From contig NC_086108.1 of assembly GCF_963921235.1 (NCBI RefSeq), forward strand, positions 29,018,001 to 29,082,000: 64,000 bases of DNA, in the 5' to 3' direction. The first letter of the stretch is position 1, and each line of letters begins with the position of its first letter. Source of the stretch: Mobula hypostoma (lineage: Eukaryota). Position numbers and translations under genes: made by a program. Of this stretch, positions 24,161 to 35,504 are shown one piece after another. Under the pieces are notes generated by a model. That model was not told the DNA's origin. It did not search any database and was given only the letters and a program-made list of their open reading frames with translations.

Positions 24161-25376
24161 CCCTATTATCACCCATTTAACCACATCAGTCAAGCACATT
24201 GCAAGGTGGTCACTGGACACATTCCTCAAGAATGCTAAGTACTGAAGGAAGCTGTGACAATGAAGCAGCTTGCATGTGTTAGCCCCAGTATGATGGAGCA
24301 TTGGTCAGCTTGTGGGCACCGACGAGGCTCAAATAACTAAAGAAGGCAGCACACTCTTCCTGCTCTCGTCCTACTTCTCTTCTGATCTCTTCTAACCTAA
24401 AAGCTGCTTGTACTTTCCAACCTGTTCTCTCCATACCCTGTCCCTTTTAACTGCAGCTTTTTAAGAAGTGATATTAGTAAGGCACTGAAGAGCAAGTTAG
24501 TCAATTTCACCTTTGCTGGCATCTAGCTCGGTACCGGCATCATCTTAAACTGAACAAACACGAGATATGTGTGCGGTGACAAGTGAACTGCAGCCATGAC
24601 GAGCCTGCCCAGTTGCCCCTCCCTGAACTCTGCCTTGGTAAAACAGCCAACGTAATCAAAAACCCTACCCATCCCAGACATTCCCTCTTCTACCTCCTCC
24701 CACAGGGCAGAAGATACAAAAGCCTGAAAGCATGTACCACCAGGCTCAAGGACAGCTTCTATTCCTTTGATATAAGACTACTGAATAGACACCATACCCA
24801 TAAGATGGTTGCTTGACCATACGGTCTATCCTATCATGGTCCTTGCATCTTACTGTCTGCCTGCAATGCACTTTCTCTTTAACTGCAAAGTTTCATTTTG
24901 CATTCTGTTATTGCTTTTCCCTTGTACTACCTTGAAGTATTGTGTTGTGAAACGATGTGTATGAATGACATGAAAGACTATGTTTTTCACTGTACTTTGA
25001 TACTTATGAGAATAACAGCTAATTACCAATTAGGTGGAGAAAGAGTTTTTGCCGCTGAAAGTTGAGATGAGGACTTCTGCTGATGTGCAATAAAGGGATG
25101 AAAAGCATGTTCATGGTGGAATGAAGTGCCAACACTATTATCATGACCGTGATGTGGAATTGGTCAGCCAATACCTGGTTGCATCCAAATGAGCACCCAC
25201 CTAAACTCCGGCTGCTGCAACAAAGGTACTTTCTTCTGCATCTTAGCTCCCACTACCACCCACCCTTCAAGTCATGTGCAACATCACCAGGAAGCCCATT
25301 CATTGCTGGATGCAAATGTTTTGTGCACCATCTTGCTACATGCTTGACTGATATGGTTAAATAGACGACAATGGGG
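24161..25376. mobile_element. old piggyBac-like non-autonomous DNA transposon
   Basis: TTAA on both sides (24157-24160, 25377-25380); CCC...GGG termini; ~54-bp imperfect terminal inverted repeats (24161-24214 vs 25323-25376). Confidence 0.7.
24600..25030 (+). mobile_element. Rex1/Babar-like LINE 3' end
   Basis: ORF 24583-24816: ANVIKNPTHPRHSLFYLLPQGRRYKSLKACTTRLKDSFY..IRLLN, homologous to the C-terminus of ORF 56151-56753. Confidence 0.85.
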
Positions 25377-25589
25377 TTAAAAGTTTTCAACAGCAGCGAC
25401 ACGACCCTGAGAAAGTGTTGCAGCAAATATGCGAAGAAACCAAAAAAGATAAGGGTATCATAGTGATTGCTAAAAGAAAACAAACCAGCAACTATAGTCC
25501 AGTCAGGAGATGATCCCTGTAAATCTCTTCAGGCAAACAGGCTAAGCCAGAGAGTGCAGAGCTCCTGTGGGCGACAGAGTGGATAATGA

Positions 25590-25830
25590 GTACAGCTGTT
25601 GTCTCACAGGCACAGCTACTTGGGTTCAATCCTGACCTCTGCTGTTACCTCTGAGGAGCTTGCATGTTCTCACTGTAACTGTGTGGATTTCCTCGTGGTG
25701 TTCAGGTATCTTGTGCCATCCCAATGATAGGTTCAATGGCCACTGTAAATCTCCTCCAGGGTGCAGGTGAATGGTAGAATTTGGAAGGGGTTTATGAGAA
25801 GGGCCAGTTTTCCTGCTGTGTCCTTCTATG
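25590..25830 (+). mobile_element. degenerate HE1/V-SINE-like SINE
   Basis: B box GGGTTCAATCC followed by GAGCTTGCATGTTCTCACTGTAACTGTGTGGATTTCCTC. Confidence 0.65.
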
Positions 25831-26913
25831 ACACAATAGGGCAGTTATTAACATGGTGACCTGTCTGTTCTATACGCTGTAGACAGTCATCGTATACAGA
25901 CCTCTGCAAATCTATTTCTGATGGCAAGACATAGGGTCCTCCCAGTCAGTGGCCTTTGTGTCAGCTTATCCGTCACTTTTTACATCAAACCCTAATGCGA
26001 AATGCACAGCAGAATGCATGGGACCTAATTTCATCCTGTCATTCTGTGAGGTGACTATTTGGATTTGTTGTCGACTGTTATATCTCATACTTGAGCCACA
26101 TCAACCTACAGATTCTTGTTAAATTCAGATTTGCATTTAAGCAATATGTATATATCTTTGATGATGTTAAGCTCCATCAGTGTTTTGAAGTCATGACTTT
26201 AGACATTGGAGGAGGTTTCCCAGTTTGAAATGAAACACTTGCTATACTTTTGACCTTTGGGCTGATTAGGAGATGGAAACAAAAGCAATTTATTTCCAGA
26301 CAGCTATAATTCTGTTACCCAGTATTGCTGAAGAAAAGGATTAACAATGCTCAGAAGTACAGTTGTTTCAGTTTTCTCAATGTTCTTGGATGAATAATCC
26401 AGAGATTATTCATCCAAATTCGTGCCTTATCATGATGGTCTGAACATTTGAATTCAGTTTCAAAGATGTAGAAACTGCACATAAAGATGACATTAATGTT
26501 GGAATGTCCTAACATATATAGAACCGGTCCACTAACATACAAGCACTTCAAGAAGGAATCCTGCCAGCTTCATGCATTACGGTCCTTACATACGCGACTC
26601 AAGTCTCACAGTTAACTCTTAATTTCCCACTGCGTTTGGTTCCAAATGGATCTCATGTAAATTCCAATGTCTCATTGAGAAGTTGAATGTCAGTTTTTTT
26701 AAAAGAGCTGGCATCATCAGCAATTGTCACTCAGCCATTTAACAAAAAAGCAACCAGATCATCGGAAGGAAAATCCCCCCCAGTCCCCTTATTCAGCCTG
26801 GCCTAACTGTGATTCCATTGCACAACCAGCCTCTTACAGCTATTTAGATATAGTAAACTGCTTCAACAAGAACCATCTCACCATCTTTGGGCAAGTGGGA
26901 TGAGTAATGTACA

Positions 26914-27251
26914 GCAACACACATCAAAGTTGCTGGTAAACGCAGCAGACCAGGCAGCATCTCTAGGAAGAGGTACAGTCGACGTTTCAGGCCGAGACCC
27001 TTCGTCAGGACTAACTGAAGGAAGAGCTAGTAAGAGATTTGAAAACTGGAGGGGGAGGGGGAGATCCAAAATGATAGGAGAAGACAGGAGGGGGAGGGAT
27101 GGAGCCAAGAGCTGGACAGGTGATTGGCAAAAGGGATATGAGAGGATCATGGGACAGGAGGTCCGGGAAGAAAGGCAAGGGGGGGGAACCCAGAGGATGG
27201 GCAAGGGGTATATTCAGAGGGACAGAGGGAGAAAAAGGAGAGTGAGAGAAA
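26914..27251 (-). mobile_element. Penelope-like terminal-repeat insertion
   Basis: Highly similar to 40920-41250; 12-bp TSD GAGTAATGTACA (26902-26913/27252-27263). Confidence 0.9.
26976..27017 (-). ncRNA. minimal type I hammerhead ribozyme motif (PLE-associated)
   Basis: Minus strand reads CAGTTAGTC-CTGACGA-AGGGTCTCGGCCT-GAAA-CGTC-GACTG: core CUGANGA/GAAA, stem II, GUC cleavage triplet, stem I GTC/GAC. Confidence 0.7.
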
Positions 27252-27371
27252 GAGTAATGTACATATTGCCGCATGTTAGGAGTTAATTGAAAACAAAGCC
27301 AAAACATATTTGAAGTATTCCCTGCTCTTAAAGTTGATACTTGGAAAGAACTGAAATTTATAGCTTAATTA

Positions 27372-27690
27372 GCACAGCACAGTGGTAACACAGTTGATAT
27401 TGCTGCCATGCAACTCCAGCAACCCAAGTTCAATCTTGACCTTGGTCGATAAACCTTCGGAGTTTACAGGCTCTCTGTGACCCCATTTGCAATAGTTTCC
27501 TCCTCCATGCTGGAAGGTTAATTGGCTACTGTAAATCACCTCTAGTGTTAATAGGTGGCAGGAGAAACACAGGGGAAATGATGGGTATTTAAGAGAGATG
27601 TAGTTACAAAGAAATAAGTGTGTGAATTGGGCTGGTGGGATAGCTCTGAGAGCCACCATAAGCTGGATAGGCTGAGTATTGTAAGGAAGT
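27372..27690 (+). mobile_element. degenerate HE1/V-SINE-like SINE
   Basis: GCAGCACAGTGGTAACACAG head, AGTTCAATCTT B-box relic, AGGTTAATTGGCTACTGTAAAT core. Confidence 0.65.
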
Positions 27691-28534
27691 ACAAGATATG
27701 ATGTGTCTAAGAATTAAGTGCACTTTGCCTCTATGGAAACAACCTGATGTGAAAGATCTAGTGAAGATTACTTTAAAGCATTACCAAAGTTAAACACAAG
27801 CTGGGTAACTTTGTGAAGTGGTAGAATTTGCTGCAGCCCAATGTTAGCTGGTGAAGCCAAGAAAGATTATTCAATCCGTTCCACTTTCTAAGCCTCAGCA
27901 TTGGGGTAAAGGTACAGAAACACAGAAATTTGCTTTGTAGCATATGCATCTCAATCACACATACAAAAACATTACCAAAGTCCCCCAGAGTGATGAGATG
28001 GGATTGGACTACATTGGTAAGACTCTTCAACAAGAACAAAATGAGAGAGACTCCCAATGCAAAGAGTGCACAGGACATTATTTTGCAAATTTGACTCATT
28101 TTTATCGTCTTGGATTTAATCAGGTGAGTAACCTGCTATGTGTTTCTTTTAAATCCATCTGTGGCTCATCTGTTCCATCACAGGGACTCTTGAAATTATG
28201 AATCTTCACAACTTGTTCTGATATAAGAGGTCGTACAAGTTCTTCTTTCAAACCAATGTTAGACCTAAGATGTACCCATCAAGTTCTGATGAAGCATGTT
28301 GTTTGTGAACTTCTTTTCATCATTGTGACCTGATCCGGTTGAAGTCTTCCCCTTTCCAACGTTTCTTCTTTTACCCTGAAGTATCCCAGGAATACATCTG
28401 TACTGATGTATGGGGTGCCACTTAATGTAGGTTTTTTGCTCAGTGTCCTTCCTGTAATAACCATTTATAGTTTCCTATTAATGATGTTCTCTCTCGATTT
28501 AATACTTCCTTCTTCTGATTGGTTGAAGAAACTC

Positions 28535-28921
28535 TTTCACAATGCCAGGACTTCCAAAGATACATGGCTAATGACATATGTCTGAACAGTTGTCAGAGTT
28601 GTAGAGTCTTGTAGAGTTACAGAAACCTGCTAACCATCAAACACCCAGTTATGTTATTCCCATAGAAATCCCATTTTATTTTTCCACATTTCCATCAACT
28701 CCCCCAAAATTTTACTACTCATCCAGTTTGGGGCAAATTATAGTGGCCTACCAACCAACTCACACACTTGGTCACAAGGAGAACATTCACTCTCCACACA
28801 TGTAGAGCCCAAGGTCGGGACTGAACCCAGTTGTGAAGCTGCCAGGCACAGCTTGTATAGCCATGCCACTGTGAAACGTTGCAAACAGCAAGGCCTCACA
28901 ATAAGCAGTGTAGCAACAGAG
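28535..28921 (-). mobile_element. 3' part of a Deu-domain SINE relic (SacSINE1/AmnSINE-like), itself interrupted by a HE1-like SINE at ~28630-28870
   Basis: CACAATGCCAGGACTTCCAAAGATAC..GGCTAATGA and GCAAACAGCAAGGCCTCACAATAAGCAGTGT resemble the Deu-SINE 3' region as I recall it; continues at ~33620. Confidence 0.45.
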
Positions 28922-29220
28922 TTATAAAGAAATGTTCAGCACAGAAACAAGCGCTTTGGCCCAACTAGTCCATGTCAAACCATTTAAATTACCTACTCCC
29001 ATCAACCTGCACTGGGACATAGCCCTCCATATCCCTACCATCCATGTACCTATCCAAACTTCTCTTAAACTTTGAAATTGAGCACACATGCACCACTTGT
29101 GCTGGCAGCTCATTCCACACTCTCACCACCCTCAGACTGAAGAAACTCCCCCTCATGTTCCCTTTAAACTTTTCACCTTTCTCCTCTAACCCATGACCTC
29201 TGATTGTAGTCCCACCCAAC
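28922..29220 (-). mobile_element. CR1 3' end; continues at ~33574-33620 after the Gypsy insertion
   Basis: ORF 28989-29261: RGHGLEEKGEKFKGNMRGSFFSLRVVRVWNELP. Right flank CAGTGGTAAAAGCCCGCTTGAATTACCCTATCTATA continues the CR1. Confidence 0.85.
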
Positions 29221-30755
29221 TGTGTTATTATGTTTTCAGAATAAAGAACTTCAGTTCCCAATGAGCAATGCTAGGGATTCACCCGGATCTAAGCTATGAT
29301 GGTTAGCGGGTTACACGTGCTCAGCGCCGAACAGCAGTTCAGTAATAGTGTAAACCTGTGCCAAATTTGTCTTTATTAAGGACAACATAACATGGTTCAG
29401 AAGTCAGCGTAAGGTCTGAACATGGAGAATAAATGAATACTGTGAGCGACTGAGAAAGAGACACTCGTGACGTAGAGAAGCTGCTGGCCAGAGAACACGT
29501 TGTGTCCAGAGTTCTCAGAATGCAACAAAAAATTCAGGTGAGAAGCCAAGAGTTCCTGTCATGGATAAGCTGAGTCTTCCAACACCGATGTAGTTTACTG
29601 GCAATCTAATAGATAATTGGAAATGCTTCGTCAGTGATTTAATACATATTTTGCCGCAGGGTGGGAGTGACTGATGAAAAATTGAATTCATTATTTTTCT
29701 GCAAGTAATTGGCAAAGATACTTTGGACATCTATAACAGCTTTTAAATTGAAGAGACAGGCTTTACATTGGACACTCTGATGACAAAATTTGAGGAGACT
29801 TTTGTCCCAAGTAAAAAGATCACATTTGATGTATAAAGGTGTTAGCTTTGACCAATACTTTGCTGAGCTTCACACACTGAGTAAATCCTGAGAGCTCGGC
29901 AATTTGAGAGATTCACTAATTAGAGACAAAATGGTTTGTGGAATCCCAGATAATGTTCTCGGAGTAAGATTGCTCCATAAAAAAGACTTGGCACTGGGAA
30001 AAAGCTGTGAATATATGCAGGGCAGTGGAGACCACATGAGTACAAGGTGAGAAGCTGCCCAGGGCAGAAACAACTGTGCATACCATGGAAACAGAGGGGC
30101 AGCGCACAAGGCGTTACCCAAAGCAATAGCAAAGCAAAAAGGTAGTCTCAAACAGCAAATAGAGTAAATGTGGAGGTAGTCACATTCCAAAGATGCGTTA
30201 GGTTTATCAAACGTCCTTCAATAATTGTGGGAAGAAGAATCATTTTGCAAAATGCTGCAAAGTTGGGGCTACCAAGAGGAAGATGCACACAGTTGATGAG
30301 ACAATGGAGGAATTCTTTGTGGATTCTCTACAGACAGCTGGTGCTGGTAAGACAGAATGGTTTGTTCCAGTGACTGTGAATGAGACATAATTCTATTCAA
30401 GCTTGACAATGGAGCCCAGGTGAATCTAGTATCCACGGATGATTACAAGACTCTCAAAGAACAAGATTTACTTGGTGGTTAAAAGTGACAGGTTATACTG
30501 GAGAGAATGTTCCAGTAAAATAAGGCCATATATTGGCCTTCAAAGACATGGGACAACACCTAAAGGCAAAGCTACTGGTTGTAGAAAAAAAGAATACAGC
30601 CAATATTAGGTCTGAGCGCATGTAAAAAGCTCAACCTGGTGAAAAGAGTTTTCGTAGTGGCTTCACAGATCGAAGAAGACCACACAACACTCATGGAAGA
30701 GTACACAGATGTCTTTGAGGGACTCAGATGTTTATCTGGTGTACACTAAATTCAT

Positions 30756-31223
30756 ATGGATGAGACAGTAGCTCCTGTTGTCCATGTGTGCAGGAAAGTT
30801 CTGTTTGCATTTAGAGACAAACTCAAACAAAAGCTAGCACACATGGAACTGATAAATGTTATACAGAATAATGAAGATCCAACAGATAAGGTGAGCTCTG
30901 TGGTCATTGCGCAAAAGAACAATGGAACATTGCAGATATGTCCAAACCCAAGAGATCTCAATAAAGCTATCAAAAGAGTGTATTTTGAATCGCCAACATG
31001 GGAGAAGATCAGATCCCAGTTTGCAGGTGTCAAGTGGTTTAGCAAGCTCAACTCATCCTCTGGGTTTTGGCAGATGAAGCTTGATGAGACAAGTTTGTGG
31101 CTGTGTACTTTTAGCACACCCCAGGGAAGATATCACTTTTTTTGTCTACAACATGGGATTTGGTCCGCACCAGAAGTCTACCATAAAACCATCTCTATGA
31201 CCTACCTGGTATTGAGACTATGA
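30756..31223 (+). pseudogene. Gypsy reverse transcriptase fragment
   Basis: VVIAQKNNGTLQICPNPRDLNKAIKR...FSKLNSSSGFWQMKLDE...CTFSTPQGRY; a frameshifted MDDI motif follows. Confidence 0.85.
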
Positions 31224-33022
31224 TGGATGATATTATCATCTGGGGGTCCACCAAGGATAAACATGATGCATGACTGGGACAAGTGCTTGACGTGACATGG
31301 AATGTCAGTTTGAAATTAAATAAATTGAAGTGTGAGTTTGGTGTTCAGAAATTGACTTTCATAGGAGATGTCATTCTGAAGAAGGAGTGAAGCCTGAACC
31401 AAGAAAGACATCAGCCACTGAAAACATGGAGAGGTCCCAAAACAAGGAAGAGGTGAGATGTTTCTTGGGGATGGTGACTTACCTGGCTAAATTCATCCCT
31501 TGAATCTCTACTAGGTTACTCCTCGTGCAGCATAATGAGTGGATTTGGTCTCACAAGCAAGAAGAGTGTTTCCGGATGCTGAAAAGAGTCCTAACTGACG
31601 AGCCCATGTGGAAGTTTTATAATGCCAATGTGTATTCATGATTATTGGGCATGCAGAGCTGAACTGTCAGTAGTGGAAGATATGGTCTTCAAATGGAACA
31701 GGTTGTTTCCAGTGTTGCTATGCAAAGAAATACTCCAGAAACCATGATATATCTTGGTGAGGAAAAGTGTAAATGAAGAGCTTGTGAAATGATGTACTGG
31801 CCAAGAATGAAGCAAGACATCACCAACACCACTGCTTAACGTGAAATATGATTATCTACAGACCAAAGCAGTAAGCAGAACTGCTTCCACCACACCCTGT
31901 TCCAGACGGACCATACTTCAAAGTGGAATGGAATTGTTTGATTGTAATGGGAAGAGTCATATTGTTGTAACAGATTATTTTTCCAATTACCCAGAGGTTG
32001 CAACAATGCAATCAACATCCAGCAAAGCATTCATCACCTTCCTGAAAGGTGTGTTTGCGAGACATGGAGTTCCATGTGAAATAGTATCAGGCAATGGGTC
32101 CACAGTTTTCAAGCTGTGAGAAGCTGTGAGTCCTTTGTCAATGATTGGGGGTTTTGATATATAATTTCAAGCCAACACCACTCAATATCTAATAGCCTTA
32201 CAGAGAGTTCAGTCAAGGTAGCGAAGAGCCACGTGAAGAAAGCCCAAGATGGATGAAAGGATTTCCACAAAGGTCTGAAGATATACAGAAGTGTGCCACT
32301 GCAGAATGGCCCTTCACCAGCCCAAATGCTGATGGGTCAACATATAAGCACTAACATTCGAGTGCACGAAAACCTGTCGACACCTAAAGGAGCACACAAG
32401 GTCAAATTAGCTAAAGTGAAAGGGAAAGAAAAACAGAAACAGTATCATGACAAGATTATGAAAAGCCTACCCCTCCTGAAGCTTGGAGATCGTGTGAATC
32501 TGAGATCACTCTTCTGGCACATGGTCCATGAAAGGATATGTGCAAGAGGAAGTATCTCCACATTCTTACTGGATCCAGGTGAAGCAAGGGACTGAGTTTC
32601 TAATGCAAATCTGTTTCATTGGAGGATATGTCTTTTCACATAAGAAAAGGAACTGTGTAGATTTATGACCCAAAGCTCCAACTCATAGCTTTGATGTATT
32701 ACCTGTTAGTACACCAAAGGGGTCAGCCGATGTAATAAATGACCATGTCAGTCAGAGTTCTCAGAAAGACACAAATATTAATGCACAAAATGCAAGCAGT
32801 ACTCCTGAGGAAATGTATAGCAAACTAAGAAGAATCATTAATCCACCTCAGAGACTGATAGAAAGTTGTTGAGTGGATAAATGTCTACTCATTACGATTG
32901 AAGTTGAAAATTCAGGGGAAAAAAAGAAAAAGAACTGGCTACAGAATGTAGATATCTTTGTTGAAAAGGATTATTGTTCCTTATACGTTTAGGAGGATGT
33001 AATATTGTGTCTGTTTTTCTTT

Positions 33023-33370
33023 TTTTTTGACGTGTGCCTGTGTGCATGTGAGTCTGTGCATGTGTGTCTGTGTCTGCATGCGTGCACATCTGTGCATGTG
33101 CATCTGTGTCTGTGTGCATGCATCCGTGATGATGTCTTTTTCATGGCTTTTTACAAGGCACGGAGCGAGAGAGAGGCTGTGTGGCGCGCCACTCCCCACA
33201 CAGACATTTTCGCAGTATTTTTCCCTTTATTTTATGAGGTCGAGTTGTGATCTTGACACTCAACCCGGCATGAATAGAAAACGCACTCGGGAGCAGACCC
33301 GACTGGTTTCGAACCTAGGAACCTCCACTCTCTGGTCCGGCTCTGATGTCTTTGTGCCACCAGCCGGCCC
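33023..33370 (-). mobile_element. tRNA-derived SINE with (CA)-rich and poly(A) tail, inserted just upstream of the Gypsy PPT
   Basis: 16-bp TSD GTGTCT(G/A)TTTTTCTTT (33007-33022/33371-33386); minus-strand head GGGCCGGCTGGTGGCAC and B box GGTTCGAAACC. Confidence 0.85.
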
Positions 33371-33619
33371 GTGTCTATTTTTCTTTAAAGGGTGAAGATG
33401 TGTTATATATGTGCATAATAAAGAACTTCAGTTCCCAGTAGGAAATGTGGATGGTTCACCCAGGACTGGAAGCATTGATGGTAAACTGGTTGCATGCACT
33501 CAGAGTTGAAATGAACTCAGTGATAAAGTATTTACCCACACCAAGTTTATCTTTACTAAGAACAAATGTAACACCAAAGACAGTGGTAAAAGCCCGCTTG
33601 AATTACCCTATCTATATTC

Positions 33620-33895
33620 AATGACTGGATAATTAATTTTAATTATGTTTGTTGAGCGACAACCATTTGCCAGCATATTAGGGGGAGCTTACCTGATATT
33701 CTACAAAGTGCCTTATAACTTTTTTTCATTTTGAAAAGCCAATTGGACTTTGATTTAGCATCTTACGTGAAAAGACATGCCCTCCAATGAAACAGATTTG
33801 CACTAGAAACTCAGCCAACATTATGTGCTCATGTATCTGGTGTGAAATTTGAAACCACAACTTCTTAGCATAAGGATGAGATTGAAGCCACAAGT
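33620..33895 (-). mobile_element. Deu-domain SINE relic (SacSINE1/AmnSINE1-like), head and core
   Basis: TTGAGCGACAACCATTTGCCAGCA...GGGGAGCTTACCTG...AAAGTGCC...TTTAGCATCTTACGTGAAAAGAC...TGCACTAG...TCAGCC..ATTATGTGCTCA...TTGAAACCACAAC follows the block order of the reverse-complemented Deu-SINE consensus as I recall it. Confidence 0.6.
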
Positions 33896-35504
33896 TGGCC
33901 TAAATTTTAAAAAATTCAAATCTACCTTCATTGGACTATTCTCCAAATTATTAGCTTATATCAAAGGACATAAAGAAAACAAGACACCGAGTGGAAAAAA
34001 ATCCCATTTATGTTTGTACTCCTTGCTTAAAATTCTCTTTGTTTTATTGCTGTCTGACATTCTAACGTGGGAGGGGGTAAGGAAGTGCAAGTTCATTCTG
34101 ACAGCTGCTAACTGGATTATTTTAAAAATAGAATAGAATGGGAACATTTATTTACACTTACTTGAATCTTAATTCTATGTATAAATCCTCCAGATTTTTA
34201 TTTGCCTACTTCAATCTAATTGTTCAGTTTTTCCTTCATTCCTTTTATAAAAACCAAACACAATTTTATTATTTTCAAGTAACCGCCTTGGGAAAAGCTG
34301 AAGACACTCAGTTTTTCTAATGTTGTGTTGGTTAATTCTAGGTTGCTCTGAAACTATCTTTAATTGGAAAAAGCACTATATTTTTAACCTTGCATATCTT
34401 CTCTCCCATGGCTTTGATGTCTGCAGCTTCTGTTCATTTGATACTTATTTTCATTCAAGAATCATGATGCAAAGAGGGTCATTTTGTTTTTCCACATTCA
34501 TAATATGTGACTGATTATTGTCCCAGCAAGATACCCATCAAGTGAAGATCCAAGGCAGAACCTACAACTCCTATAAATTATACAATCTAGTGACTGGGCA
34601 TCTAATGGATAACAGTATTCAATGTGTATGCATGAAAGGCTGTCAAAGCTTCTAAACAGAATTCCCAACTTGTGACTCACTCAGCAAGTTCTAACTAAAT
34701 CCAAGCAAATAAAAGTGATTTAAAAAAATTATGAACGTTCTGAGAAAATGTCATCAACATTCATTTGTTTCTCTATCCACAAGACACTGCCAAACCAGCT
34801 GAGTATTTCTAGATTCCCTTGAATTTATTTCAGATTTCCATCATCTGCAGCATTGAAACAAATCTGGCCTGTTCTTATGGATACTGTAGAGAGACGACTG
34901 TCATTGCCTGCTGATAGCCCGTACATTAACAATTGTGCAATAGGTAGTGTAAAGGGAAAGTAGGATCCCTAGGGACTGAAGCTGATTTGCTATTTTTGTT
35001 AGACATCAATATATATTGTGCTATGTTAGTTCATAGAAATGAAGCACATGCTTGGCTGGTTCCTACTTCCATACCATCAACTGACTTAACTCAATCTACT
35101 TTGCTAACAAACAAAAATCAACAAGTCATCCATGAATAAATAACTGATAAAGACAATCAGAGAGGCTGAATGGCCTATATTTCTTTTTTTGTGATTTATT
35201 GCCCCCTTGCTAATGTACGATCTGGAAATGTGCATTGCGTGTATTGCCAGGATGTCTGATTGGATGTATTCCTCAGCGTTTCAGTACTGTGAGTTCTTTG
35301 CTCCAGTTACTCCTGCTCACTAGACCCTTGCCACTTGCTGATTCCCATGCTCATTCCCTCCAAGTACCCTTTCCACACTGAATGGAAAGTCAACACATCC
35401 TTTCTTTCCCAACTGGAATGCCCTTGATTCAGACACTGAAGGTAGTGGGTTTATGGAATGAGCTGTGAGTAGCTGAAGCAAGTACAATTACAATATTTTC
35501 AGGT

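Larger units (their letters stand above)
29221..33573 (+). mobile_element. decayed Gypsy/Ty3 LTR retrotransposon with both LTRs
   Basis: LTRs 29221-29392 and 33399-33573 (TG...CA); TSD CCAAC/CCAAA; PBS TGGTTCAGAAGT (tRNA-Leu-like); PPT AAAGGGTGAAGA; gag zinc knuckle ~30210-30260; protease KLDNGA ~30400; RT 30756-31223; integrase 31841-32595; RNase H largely deleted. Confidence 0.9.

Noticed and set aside
28120..28464. Minus-strand coding-like stretch (RVKEETLERG...GLKEELVRPL)
   Set aside because: Interrupted by an in-frame stop, no recognisable homology and no clear donor site.
32892..33395. Cys/Val/His-rich ORFs resembling metal-binding proteins
   Set aside because: Translations of the TG/CA-rich SINE tail.
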